Of a stretch of DNA of 64,000 nt, positions 21,067 through 30,523 are shown in pieces. The notes beneath the pieces are model-generated. The model saw only the letters and a program-made list of their open reading frames with translations, was not told the DNA's origin and did no database searches. This DNA comes from Coprothermobacterota bacterium (lineage in GTDB: Bacteria > Coprothermobacterota > HKB111). Position 1 is the stretch's first letter, and every line of letters begins with the position of its first letter. The position numbers and the translations under genes are program-made. The stretch lies in NCBI GenBank assembly GCA_037446255.1, contig JBBIIY010000001.1, positions 10,550-74,549 on the forward strand, written 5' to 3'.

Positions 21067-22367
21067 TGAAGTATTACCTGGTTTCGCTTGGCTGTTCCAA
21101 AAACAGGGTTGATTCTGAAGTATTAGCTTCGTATCTGGTAAAAAATGGAGATGAAATAGTAACGGTACCAGATAAGGCTGATACAGTAGTTATTAATACC
21201 TGTTCCTTTATCAAACCTGCTGTAAAAGAATCTCTGGACGAAATTCATAGATTATCAAAAATAAAGGAAAAATCAGGATTCAAGCTTATTCTGGCTGGTT
21301 GTTTGGTAGATAGGTTTTCAGATAGAAGCTGGCATAATTATAAAGGTGTAGATATGGCAGTCAGCTCGTCCTTACTACCCCAGATTCCCGGGTTTCTAAG
21401 AGATAATAAGTGGGAAACACTATTAGGGCCTTTAGGTTTACTGGCTACCAGTGATGACCGACGGATAATTTCTACCTTCCCCTATGCTTATATCAAACTT
21501 TCTGAGGGATGCAATATTAAATGTTCCTACTGCACCATACCCGGTATTAAAGGCCAATTCAGGAGCCGACCCTTAGATGATATTGTTGCCGAGGCCGAAA
21601 ATCTACTATCTAAGGGTATCAGGGAGTTAGTATTAGTTTCTCAGGATTCGGGATTTTATGGAAGGGATATTAACAATAAGAGCTCTTTGGTGCATTTACT
21701 TATAAAACTCAATGAACTGCCAGGCCATTTCTGGATTCGTTTAATGTATTTAAATCCAATCCGAATTGATGACAAACTGATAGACACCCTGGCAGGCTTA
21801 GAAAAGGTAGTTAAATATATTGACTTACCTCTTCAACATACTCATGATGAGGTATTACAACGTATGGGAAGATCATATCGGTACAAGCTTATAGTGAATT
21901 TGCTAGATAAAATAAGGAAAGCTATACCGGAAGTAGCGCTTAGAAGCTCGTTTATTGTTGGTTTCCCCGGAGAGAGCAGAAAACATTTTAATCATCTTCT
22001 CCGAGCACTTTCTGATTTGCATATACCCAAAGCAGGTTTCTTCCCTTATTCTCCTGAAGAAAATACCCCAGCTTTTGCTTTTAGGGGCAGATTATCCTCC
22101 TTGACGGTTTCCCGAAGATTAAGAGAATCTCGAGAATTGCAGGCTTCAATATTAGAAGAATACAATAAAAATCTAGTTGGGAGCATCAGGGAACTTCTGG
22201 TTGAAAGTAACCAGGGGGTGGTTATGGGAAGGTTACAGTACGATGCACCGGAAATTGATTCGCTGGTTTATATCAAGAATAAAAGAAAAAAATTAACCAT
22301 AGGCGAATTTGTTAAAGTAAAAATAATAGGATATGAAGGTACTGATTTGAAAGGTAAATTGGTTTGA
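21066..22367 (+). CDS. rimO: Ribosomal protein S12 methylthiotransferase RimO (radical SAM plus TRAM)
   Basis: N-terminal VSLGCSKNRVDSE (RimO-type), a radical-SAM CSYCTIP motif, and a C-terminal TRAM domain. About 433 aa. Confidence 0.8.
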   Translation: MKYYLVSLGCSKNRVDSEVLASYLVKNGDEIVTVPDKADTVVINTCSFIKPAVKESLDEIHRLSKIKEKSGFKLILAGCLVDRFSDRSWHNYKGVDMAVSSSLLPQIPGFLRDNKWETLLGPLGLLATSDDRRIISTFPYAYIKLSEGCNIKCSYCTIPGIKGQFRSRPLDDIVAEAENLLSKGIRELVLVSQDSGFYGRDINNKSSLVHLLIKLNELPGHFWIRLMYLNPIRIDDKLIDTLAGLEKVVKYIDLPLQHTHDEVLQRMGRSYRYKLIVNLLDKIRKAIPEVALRSSFIVGFPGESRKHFNHLLRALSDLHIPKAGFFPYSPEENTPAFAFRGRLSSLTVSRRLRESRELQASILEEYNKNLVGSIRELLVESNQGVVMGRLQYDAPEIDSLVYIKNKRKKLTIGEFVKVKIIGYEGTDLKGKLV

Positions 22368-22909
22368 GAATATTTTCAGGTATTCCTCTCATTGGAAAAG
22401 GATATTATAAACTTATCTCGGTACTGAAGGAGTTATCTGCTAACAACACTGATTTTCGCTGGGTATTACCGGAAAATTTACACCTTACTTTACATTTTTT
22501 TGGTGAAAGAACAATTGAGGAAGTAGAAATAATTCACAGAATTATGCAGGAAAAATTAATCAACTACAGTTCTGACATTGTAAGAATAACCAATGTTGAC
22601 GCCTTTCCTGATACAAGGAAACCACGGGTAATTTTTTTCAACCTGGAGGACGAAGGTTATCTAAGGAAGATTTACCAGAGCATTTCTGTTGGCTTGAGGG
22701 AACAAAAGGTTGCTTTTGACGATAGACCTTATATTCCCCATCTTACTCTGGGAAGGTTAACCAGAAAATATGGGAACAGCAAAATGCCTGTAATCGAATC
22801 TTTAAATGAGTTATGGGAAATTAAACAGGTAAATCTTTACCAAAGTGTATTAAATCCAGCCGGGGCAGTGTATACTGTTTTAAGAGAGTATTATCTCGCA
22901 AATTTGTAA
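22364..22909 (+). CDS. thpR: RNA 2',3'-cyclic phosphodiesterase (2H family, ThpR/LigT-like)
   Basis: Two H-x-T-x motifs (HLTLHFFG and HLTLGRL) about 80 aa apart, as in 2H phosphoesterases. TTG start overlaps the rimO stop. Confidence 0.75.
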   Translation: MRIFSGIPLIGKGYYKLISVLKELSANNTDFRWVLPENLHLTLHFFGERTIEEVEIIHRIMQEKLINYSSDIVRITNVDAFPDTRKPRVIFFNLEDEGYLRKIYQSISVGLREQKVAFDDRPYIPHLTLGRLTRKYGNSKMPVIESLNELWEIKQVNLYQSVLNPAGAVYTVLREYYLANL

Positions 22910-22929
22910 ATAAAAGGTAGGGAATAAAC

Positions 22930-23973
22930 ATGTCTTCAGATAAGGATAAAGCTTTAGAACAAGCTTTTGCAATGATTGAAAAACATCATGGGAAGGGTTC
23001 AATTATGAAATTGGGCTCAGCCGAGGTTGCTAATGTGGAAGTGATTTCCTCAGGAATCTTGCCTCTGGATATAGCCCTGGGAATTGGCGGATTTCCCCGT
23101 GGAAGAATAGTAGAGATTTTCGGTCCTGAAGGGTCAGGTAAAACTACTGTTGCTCTGCATGCTGCTAGTGAAGCGCAAAAGCTGGGAGGAACAGTTGCTT
23201 TTATTGATACCGAACATGCCCTGGATGTGTCCTATGCACAAGCCCTGGGTGTTGATGTTAGAAATCTCCTGATATCGCAGCCCGATTTTGGAGAGCAAGC
23301 GCTGGAGATAGCCGAGATTCTGGTAAGAAGCCAGGCAGTTGACTTGGTGGTAATTGATACAGTAGCTGCTCTGGTCCCTAAAGCAGAGTTAGAAGGAGAT
23401 TTTGGCGACTCCTTTATGGGTTTGCAAGCTCGTTTGATGTCTCAGTCTTTGCGTAGACTGGTAGGGTCAATTAATAAATCACGAACCTGCGTAATTTTCC
23501 TTAACCAGCTTAGAGAGAAAATATCTACAGGTTTTCAGGCAGGACCGCATGAAACTACGCCTGGTGGACGGGCTTTAAAATTTTACGCTTCTCAACGGGT
23601 TGATATCAGGAAAATTGATGTAGTGAAACAAGGAACCGATACCATTGGATCAGTTGTAAAAGTAAGGATAGTTAAGAATAAGCTATCTCCACCATTCAGG
23701 CAAGCAGAGTTTGAACTTATTTATGGTAAAGGTGTATCCAGAACAGCCTCTCTTATTGATCTGGGAGTGCAGGCTGGAGTTGTCTCTAAGAGTGGAAGCT
23801 GGTTTTATTGGGGAGATTTACGGTTAGGACAGGGTAAAGAAAATGCTAAGTTTTATCTGGAAGAGCATCCCGAATCTTTTACCGAGTTGGAAAAAATAAT
23901 TAAAGATACTTTTTTTGACATTAAAAGTAAGTTAACCACAGTTAAGGATAAAGAAAGTTTAGGAGAAATATAG
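22930..23973 (+). CDS. recA: Recombinase RecA
   Basis: [33 protein letters not shown] and the full RecA core. 347 aa. Confidence 0.97.
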   Translation: MSSDKDKALEQAFAMIEKHHGKGSIMKLGSAEVANVEVISSGILPLDIALGIGGFPRGRIVEIFGPEGSGKTTVALHAASEAQKLGGTVAFIDTEHALDVSYAQALGVDVRNLLISQPDFGEQALEIAEILVRSQAVDLVVIDTVAALVPKAELEGDFGDSFMGLQARLMSQSLRRLVGSINKSRTCVIFLNQLREKISTGFQAGPHETTPGGRALKFYASQRVDIRKIDVVKQGTDTIGSVVKVRIVKNKLSPPFRQAEFELIYGKGVSRTASLIDLGVQAGVVSKSGSWFYWGDLRLGQGKENAKFYLEEHPESFTELEKIIKDTFFDIKSKLTTVKDKESLGEI

Positions 23974-23986
23974 CTTAATAATTATC

Positions 23987-24469
23987 ATGCTTATTACCTA
24001 TGAAGAAGGGATAAAGCGTGCCCTTCGTTTTATAACTTTTAAGGATTATCCCAAAAAATTGCTTTTAAAGAAGTTAATTAGCAAGGGCTTTGAACCTTCC
24101 TTGGCAGCAGAAGTGATTAATGAACTTGTACAAAAAGGTTATTTAGACGAAAAAAAACAAATTATCAGAGCCTGGGAAAAATTGAAAGCAAACTGCAATT
24201 ATGGCAGGAAAGCGTTTTTACTCAATTTAAAAAGAGAGGAGTATGATATTGAATCATTAGAGCTAGCCGAGTCACTTTATTCCGAAGAAGAAGAGGCTTT
24301 GCTGGCTAATGATGCTTTTAAAAAAATTTGCCGGAAGTTAATAAAAAGCGATATAGATCAAGCCAAACAAAAACAGAGAATATATTCATATCTAATAAGA
24401 AAAGGGTTTTCTCAAGGAACTATCATTGGCCTGATTAAAGAATATGAAAAAGATAAAGGTGATATATGA
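23987..24469 (+). CDS. recX: Recombination regulator RecX-like protein
   Basis: 160-aa alpha-helical repeat protein directly after recA; composition and position are consistent with RecX. Confidence 0.6.
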   Translation: MLITYEEGIKRALRFITFKDYPKKLLLKKLISKGFEPSLAAEVINELVQKGYLDEKKQIIRAWEKLKANCNYGRKAFLLNLKREEYDIESLELAESLYSEEEEALLANDAFKKICRKLIKSDIDQAKQKQRIYSYLIRKGFSQGTIIGLIKEYEKDKGDI

Positions 24470-25992
24470 TGGAAATGATTATTTACGGTTTTATTGGAGG
24501 AGTCGCCTTTTTTGCGGTAGTAACCTATTTTTTACTGGCTATTTCCCGAAAAAAGGAAGAAGAGAAAAAGCGCTTATTTTTGGAAGCATATTACAAAGAA
24601 GCCCTGGAAAAGAAGAGGGAATTACTATTAGAAGCCAAAGAAGAAATTCAAAGGAAGAGGAGTGAAGTAGAAACTGAAATAAAAGAAAAGAAAATTGAAC
24701 TTTCAAAATTGGAGCGAAGAGTAATTCAGAAAGAAGAGTCGGTTGATAAAAGAATAGAAAATATTGAAAGAAAAGAAAGATCAATTCAAGATAGAGAAAC
24801 CTATTTAAACCGTCTGGAAAAAGACTTGAAAGATTCTTTAGAAAAAGAAAAAGCTGTTTTGTATAAACTTAGCAATCTTTCAGAAGGTGAAGCCAAATCT
24901 CTGTTATTAACTAAAATTGAATCTGATCTTACCGAGGAAATAGGAATAAAGGTTAAGGAAGCTACCAAAATTATTGAAGAAGAATCAAAAACTAAAGCTC
25001 AGTATATTCTGGCTACAGCTATCCAACGCTGCGCTCTTGACCATACTACTGAAACTACGGTAACTACGGTTTCTTTACCTAATGATGAAATTAAAGGCAG
25101 GCTTATTGGAAGGGAAGGAAGGAACATCAGGTCGTTTGAAACTCTCACAGGAGTTGATCTGATTGTTGATGACACACCTGAAGCAGTGGTATTATCTTCT
25201 TTTGACCCAATAAGAAGAGAAATTGCCCGTATTTCTCTGGAAAGACTGATAAGTGACGGAAGAATCCACCCGGGTAGAATAGAAGAAATGATTGAAAAAG
25301 CAAAAAAAGAAGTTGATGAGAAAATTAAGGTGGAGGGTGAAAAAGCTGTCCTCCAGACTGGTACTCGGGGGATAAAACCTGAGATTGTCAAAACTTTAGG
25401 TAGATTGTTTTTTAGAACAAGTTATGGACAGAATGTCTTGCAGCACTCTATTGAGGTTGCCCAGCTTTCAGCAGCTTTGGCTACTGAGTTGAAATTAGAT
25501 GTAAATATTGCCCGAAGAGCAGGTCTCTTGCACGATCTGGGAAAAGCTATTGACCACGAAGAGGAAGGCACCCATGCCTTATTGGGAGCCAAGTTATTAG
25601 AAAGGTACGGAGAAAACCCTGAGGTAATTCATGCAGTAGCTGCTCACCATGAAGATGAAGAGATGAAGACTATTTACCCAATTATTGTTCAGGTTTCCGA
25701 CTCCATTTCTGCGAGTAGACCTGGTGCCAGAAGGGAAAATCTGGAAGTATATGTAAAAAGACTGGAGTCATTAGAAAAAATAGCTGATTCAATCCAGGGC
25801 GTGGAAAAAGCTTTTGCTGTTCAGGCTGGTAGAGAGGTAAGAGTAATTGTTAAACCTGATAAAATTACCGATAATCAAGCAGCCAAAGTAGCACATGATA
25901 TTGCTCAACGAATTGAAAAGGAAGTAGCCTATCCAGGTCTTATAAAAGTTACGGTAATCAGAGAAATGCGGGTAGTTGACTACGCAAAGTAA
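24466..25992 (+). CDS. rny: Ribonuclease Y
   Basis: N-terminal TM helix, a coiled-coil, a KH domain (GRLIGREGRNIRSFE) and an HD domain (LHDLGKAIDHE). 508 aa. recA...rny...ymdB synteny. Confidence 0.9.
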   Translation: MMEMIIYGFIGGVAFFAVVTYFLLAISRKKEEEKKRLFLEAYYKEALEKKRELLLEAKEEIQRKRSEVETEIKEKKIELSKLERRVIQKEESVDKRIENIERKERSIQDRETYLNRLEKDLKDSLEKEKAVLYKLSNLSEGEAKSLLLTKIESDLTEEIGIKVKEATKIIEEESKTKAQYILATAIQRCALDHTTETTVTTVSLPNDEIKGRLIGREGRNIRSFETLTGVDLIVDDTPEAVVLSSFDPIRREIARISLERLISDGRIHPGRIEEMIEKAKKEVDEKIKVEGEKAVLQTGTRGIKPEIVKTLGRLFFRTSYGQNVLQHSIEVAQLSAALATELKLDVNIARRAGLLHDLGKAIDHEEEGTHALLGAKLLERYGENPEVIHAVAAHHEDEEMKTIYPIIVQVSDSISASRPGARRENLEVYVKRLESLEKIADSIQGVEKAFAVQAGREVRVIVKPDKITDNQAAKVAHDIAQRIEKEVAYPGLIKVTVIREMRVVDYAK

Positions 25993-25995
25993 AAG

Positions 25996-26802
25996 ATGAG
26001 TTTAATAAGGATATTATTTTTAGGGGACATAATCGGTTCACCGGGAAGAAGTTCTGTAAAGAGATACTTACCTTTTTTCCGCGAAGAATATTCGATAGAT
26101 ATGGTTATCGCCAATGGAGAAAACCTTGCCGGTGGTATGGGTTTAACTCCTGATACTATCAGTGATTTATTTGAATCAGGGGTGGATGTAGTTACTACTG
26201 GCAACCATGGTTTTGATAAAAAAGAAGGACTTTCTTGTTTTAATACTGAACATTTCTTGATCAGACCACAAAACTATCCCCCTGGAGCACCAGGAAAGGG
26301 TTATGTCTTCTGGGGAAAAGACCAATTAAAAATAGGAGTTTTAAATCTACAGGGTAGGGTTTTTATGCCTGCCCTGGACTGCCCGTTTCGTATTGGTAAA
26401 GAATATGCTCTAACTATGAAGAAAGAATCTCCCGTACTGATTATAGACTTTCATGCGGAAGCAACTTCAGAAAAAGCAGCTCTCGCCTATTATTTATCAG
26501 GAACTGCTTCCGCAGTAGTTGGCTCACACACTCATGTTCAAACTGCAGACGAAAGGTTATTAACCAACAACACCCTTTTTATCAGCGATGTAGGGATGAT
26601 TGGATCTTTGGACTCGGTTATCGGAATGAAAAAAGATAGCATTATAAAGAGATTTTTAACTCAGGTTCCTGAGAGGTTTGAAGTGGAAAATAAGAGTCCA
26701 CTTATCTGGGAATCAGTCCTTCTGGTTATAAATTATTCAGGGGAAGGCGTCTCTATTGAAAGAATAAGGAAAATCCTTGAGCCTTCCCCCGTATTTAAAT
26801 AA
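25996..26802 (+). CDS. ymdB: YmdB-like metallophosphoesterase (2',3'-cyclic-nucleotide phosphodiesterase family)
   Basis: ILFLGDIIGSPGR...GNH...GSHTHVQTAD. The YmdB/TIGR00282-type calcineurin-like fold follows rny, as in Bacillus. Confidence 0.85.
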   Translation: MSLIRILFLGDIIGSPGRSSVKRYLPFFREEYSIDMVIANGENLAGGMGLTPDTISDLFESGVDVVTTGNHGFDKKEGLSCFNTEHFLIRPQNYPPGAPGKGYVFWGKDQLKIGVLNLQGRVFMPALDCPFRIGKEYALTMKKESPVLIIDFHAEATSEKAALAYYLSGTASAVVGSHTHVQTADERLLTNNTLFISDVGMIGSLDSVIGMKKDSIIKRFLTQVPERFEVENKSPLIWESVLLVINYSGEGVSIERIRKILEPSPVFK

Positions 26803-26817
26803 TTAATAAAAAATATT

Positions 26818-27075
26818 CTAAACTTTAAGGCTTTTCATTAAACTACTTTTCTTACGGGAAGCTGTGTTTTTGTGTAATATACCCTTTTTACATGCTTTAT
26901 CAATAGTTTTTTGAGCCATTTTTATCATTTCTTTTACTAAATCAGCGTCACCGGAGTTAAAAGCCTGGTGACATTTCTTGGTAGTTGTTTTTACTTGAGT
27001 TTTGATGGCCTTATTTATATTGGTTTCCTTTTCTGTAATTTTAATTCTTTTTATCGCAGATTTAATATTTGCCAA
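26818..27075 (-). CDS. rpsT: 30S ribosomal protein S20
   Basis: ANIKSAIKRIKITEKETNINKAIKTQVKT... is typical of S20. TTG start at 27075 sits 7 nt after GGAGGT. The ORF-track start at 27090 is a second, upstream TTG. Confidence 0.85.
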   Translation of the reverse strand: MANIKSAIKRIKITEKETNINKAIKTQVKTTTKKCHQAFNSGDADLVKEMIKMAQKTIDKACKKGILHKNTASRKKSSLMKSLKV

Positions 27076-27114
27076 CCTGGATACCTCCAAATAGTAATTT
27101 AACTTTAAATTTTA

Positions 27115-28233
27115 TCATTTTCTGAATTTTTTAGCAAGATTTATTCTATCAATAATAGGTGGATGGGTAAAAAATAATATTCTAATTAAGTAATGAGGGT
27201 TAGGGTCTTTCAAATTATTTTCCATAAACTTTTCCATTATGGAAATAAAAGAACGAGGATTATTAGTAATCTTTATAGCAAATCTGTCCACATTAAATTC
27301 CCATTCTCTTTTTATACTGAGATATAAGGGCCAGCCTGCCAGGTTTATGATTAACAGAAACAGGAACAGCAAGGGAAAGTTTGCCAGGTCAGGAAAAGCT
27401 CCTCCGTCTAAAGAAGGACCATACCTTTTAAGAAGAGATATCCCTATATAGGTATAAAAGAAAACCAAAGAAGAAAACAGGATTAAGCCTTTCAGGAAAT
27501 GACCGTAACGGTAATGTCCTATTTCATGTGCAGTCACTACTTCCAGTTCATCTTGAGTAGCTTTCTTAAGTAGATTTTCAGAAAATACAATCTTTCTGTA
27601 GGGTCCAAAACCTGTGAAAAATGCCGACATAGTATTTGTTTTATCGTTATCTTTATAGGTTGCTAAATGAGATGATTTTAATTGATGTTTGTTGAGTAGT
27701 TTATTAAATCTCTTGGAAATACTTTCTTCCAGAAGCGAAAGTTTCAGGAATTTAGGTACTAATGGTGAAACTAAGAATATTAAACCAAAAATAACCATAG
27801 ATATGACCAAAGGTGTAATTAAAATGGAAAGAGAAGCTGGAAAAAAATCTGGAAGCTTTAAAGAAATAGTGTAATAATATAGGTAGGAATAAAGGGTAAT
27901 CATCAGATAAATGATTAATAAAGATTGAGCTGATTTCTTTAAGAAGTGGAATAAGTTATATTTAATCAATCCAAACTTTTTAGGTATGTAATATAGTAAA
28001 GACCAGTCAAATATTAGTTTCAGGGGTAGTAACGGTAATAACATAAGTAAAGAAAACAAACCGACAGACCACCAATCGGGGTTTTTAAACAGATTAAATT
28101 CCTTTATCTTAGCCGCCAGGTTTAATCTGATGAAGAGGGTCAGGTATGTTATTAAAATAAGATAAAATCCGCTTTTTATGAGAACGGTTTGCCGTGTATT
28201 TTCTTTAGCTAAAGCAGTTCTTTGTGGATGCAT
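27115..28233 (-). CDS. M48-family integral membrane zinc metalloprotease (HtpX/Ste24-like)
   Basis: Multiple TM segments plus HEIGHYRYGH (HExxH) and downstream E/D residues. 372 aa. Confidence 0.7.
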   Translation of the reverse strand: MHPQRTALAKENTRQTVLIKSGFYLILITYLTLFIRLNLAAKIKEFNLFKNPDWWSVGLFSLLMLLPLLPLKLIFDWSLLYYIPKKFGLIKYNLFHFLKKSAQSLLIIYLMITLYSYLYYYTISLKLPDFFPASLSILITPLVISMVIFGLIFLVSPLVPKFLKLSLLEESISKRFNKLLNKHQLKSSHLATYKDNDKTNTMSAFFTGFGPYRKIVFSENLLKKATQDELEVVTAHEIGHYRYGHFLKGLILFSSLVFFYTYIGISLLKRYGPSLDGGAFPDLANFPLLFLFLLIINLAGWPLYLSIKREWEFNVDRFAIKITNNPRSFISIMEKFMENNLKDPNPHYLIRILFFTHPPIIDRINLAKKFRK

Positions 28234-28344
28234 TTCGTTTTCCTTCCTTTAAATCGTTTTTTTATTTATAATTTTACCAGATTAATAAAAACCTTTATAA
28301 TTTAATCATAATATCCGTTAATATTTGAACACTGGAGGTTCAGG

Positions 28345-28827
28345 TTGTTTGAAGACATAATGTTCAGACCCTGGAGGATAATCTACCTGCAGAAGGAAAA
28401 AGAAAGTGGTTGCATTCTTTGCGGAATTGCCAATTCTGAAAATGATGTGCAAAATCTTGTTCTCTTACGTAGTAAATACTGTTTTGTCATGCTAAACAGG
28501 TACCCTTATAATATCGGTCACCTGATGGTAGTTCCTTACCAACACCTTATTAATATGAATAGTTTGCAGGAAGGAGAAATGATTGATATTATGAAAACAG
28601 TTTTATTGAGTATAGATAATCTTAAAACTGTTTTTAAACCTCAGGGGTTTAATCTGGGGGTTAATATCGGGAAAGCAGCTGGGGTAGGAATTGACGATCA
28701 TATTCATTTTCATATTGTACCCCGGTGGGAAGGCGATACCAACTTTATGCCCGTTATCTCCGATGTAAAAATATTGGGCGAAGCTTTAGACGACACTTAT
28801 AGAAAGTTAAAAGGAGTATTTATATGA
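28345..28827 (+). CDS. HIT-family (HINT-like) nucleotide hydrolase/transferase
   Basis: CILCGI near the N-terminus, the histidine triad HIHFHIV, and a NRYPYNIGHLMVVP core. TTG start follows ggagg. Confidence 0.75.
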   Translation: MFEDIMFRPWRIIYLQKEKESGCILCGIANSENDVQNLVLLRSKYCFVMLNRYPYNIGHLMVVPYQHLINMNSLQEGEMIDIMKTVLLSIDNLKTVFKPQGFNLGVNIGKAAGVGIDDHIHFHIVPRWEGDTNFMPVISDVKILGEALDDTYRKLKGVFI

Positions 28828-29552
28828 TAGATACAATAGTATTGGCTGGGGGTAAAAGTTTTTTGCCAGAAAAAACCAGCTTTAAATCCCTCTTACCTAT
28901 TAATTCTCAACCGATGGTTTGGTACATTTTAAAGGAATTAAAGTGTGTAAATAATATAAGTAAAGTTGTACTGGTGGCCAGCAAGGAAGTCGCCAGAGAG
29001 GTTAAAAATGATTATCACCTTTGGGTTGATAGTAATTCAAGCATAACCGATAACCTTCTAAAGGGTTTTGAGAAAACATCATCAGATTATATCTTAATCT
29101 GCAGCGCAGATATTCCTCTGGTTAAAAAGGACCATATTCAATGGTTTATAGAAGAAGGCCTGAAAAGTGGTGCCAGGTTAGTTATGCCCTTTATGACCAA
29201 GGAAATTATTGATAAAACTTATCCCGGGGCAAAAAGAACCTATGTCCGCTTAAAAGATGGTTTAGTGACCCTGGGAAATATTGCTCTGGTTGAGAGAAAC
29301 CTTCTTGGGGAAATTAAGCAATTAATTAAAAAAGCGACCGACTATCGTAAAAATCCCTTAAAAATCGCTACATTGGTTGGATATGATATAGTTGTTCTTT
29401 ATCTATTGGGATTATTAAGTGTTAAGTATATAGAGAGAAAAGCTTATCGTTTCGTTAAAGGTCCAGTAAGAGGGTTACTCTGTCCCTACCCTGAAATTGG
29501 AATGGATGTAGATAAAATTGAAGACCTGGAAATAGTAGAGCAGTTTATCTGA
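28824..29552 (+). CDS. MobA-like nucleotidyltransferase-domain protein
   Basis: N-terminal IVLAGGKS glycine-rich NTP-transferase motif. 242 aa. ATGA overlap with the HIT gene. Confidence 0.6.
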   Translation: MIDTIVLAGGKSFLPEKTSFKSLLPINSQPMVWYILKELKCVNNISKVVLVASKEVAREVKNDYHLWVDSNSSITDNLLKGFEKTSSDYILICSADIPLVKKDHIQWFIEEGLKSGARLVMPFMTKEIIDKTYPGAKRTYVRLKDGLVTLGNIALVERNLLGEIKQLIKKATDYRKNPLKIATLVGYDIVVLYLLGLLSVKYIERKAYRFVKGPVRGLLCPYPEIGMDVDKIEDLEIVEQFI

Positions 29553-29664
29553 TATAATTTCATAGTTGATGAATATTAAGGGTAAAATATTTATTTATAA
29601 AAAGGGGTATTATCGAAGATTCTGGTTATTACCCAGAAAACAAAAAAGGAGAGTGATGGCATAA

Positions 29665-30486
29665 GTGGCATTAGAAGGCGATTTAAAGGATTTTTCGCTT
29701 AATGATCTTATCAACCTGGTGTTAATATCTAAGAGAAAGGGCTCATTGGTATTTCACCCTTATCCTGGAGACGAGTGGAGTATTTATTTTGATGAAAAAG
29801 GGGTAATTCATGCAGAGCATGGAGAAAATGAGGGTGAAAAAATTCTGGAAAGGTTGTTAACTTTAAAAAGTGGTCCTTTTGTTTTTAACCCTAATAAAGT
29901 AACCTCAAATCAAACTATTACCAAGTCTCACGAAGAGCTTGCTATGTATTTATCAGTGTTGGGAGACATCTGGAATGAAATAAAGGATTTCCTTCCACCA
30001 TTAGATACTGAATTAGTTGTGGAAAGTGATTACTCGGAAATAGTACTGAGCAGTCTGGAGTTAAAAATGTTGCTACTGGTAGCTACCCGAGTCAAAATGA
30101 AAGCAATTTTAGATGAAGAGAGTAAGGTCGGTATCAAGGAGCTTGAAGCCTTAAGCCACCTGATCAGGGCTGGAATAGTAAAACCTGGTACCCCTCCTCC
30201 TGTTAAAAGGACAGTTTCTATTCCAAACACCGATACTCCAGGAATTAAGTTAACCGTGGTGAAGAGTTTCTCTATCTCCAGGGATATGGTACAAATGGAT
30301 AAAAATATAGTAACTGCTTGGGTAGAAAACAATTTATTCACCGGTAGAGTCCTTATCGGAGGAACTATATTTATTGCTGAACTTAAAACGGGTTTAGGAA
30401 AAGCTCTGGTAATTGCCGATAAGACAGCTCGATCATTGGGTTTAAAAGAAGGTGAAGAGGTAGAAGTTAAACCTTACCTTGAATAG
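29665..30486 (+). CDS. DUF4388-domain protein with C-terminal TOBE/Mop-like domain (tentative)
   Basis: N-terminal LEGDLKDFSLNDLINLV resembles DUF4388. The C-terminal 70 aa (NLFTGRVLIGGTIFIAELKTGLGKALVIADKTARSLGLKEGEEVEVKP) resembles a TOBE/Mop OB-fold. GTG start. Confidence 0.45.
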   Translation: MALEGDLKDFSLNDLINLVLISKRKGSLVFHPYPGDEWSIYFDEKGVIHAEHGENEGEKILERLLTLKSGPFVFNPNKVTSNQTITKSHEELAMYLSVLGDIWNEIKDFLPPLDTELVVESDYSEIVLSSLELKMLLLVATRVKMKAILDEESKVGIKELEALSHLIRAGIVKPGTPPPVKRTVSIPNTDTPGIKLTVVKSFSISRDMVQMDKNIVTAWVENNLFTGRVLIGGTIFIAELKTGLGKALVIADKTARSLGLKEGEEVEVKPYLE

Positions 30487-30523
30487 TTTCATTATAATTA
30501 AATAAATAACTGGAGGTTCGAGT

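Noticed and set aside
24444-24665. 73-aa plus-strand ORF across the recX/rny junction
   Set aside because: It is an alternative frame of the well-supported recX 3' end and rny 5' end (the rny N-terminal TM helix and coiled-coil are in the other frame). Spurious.
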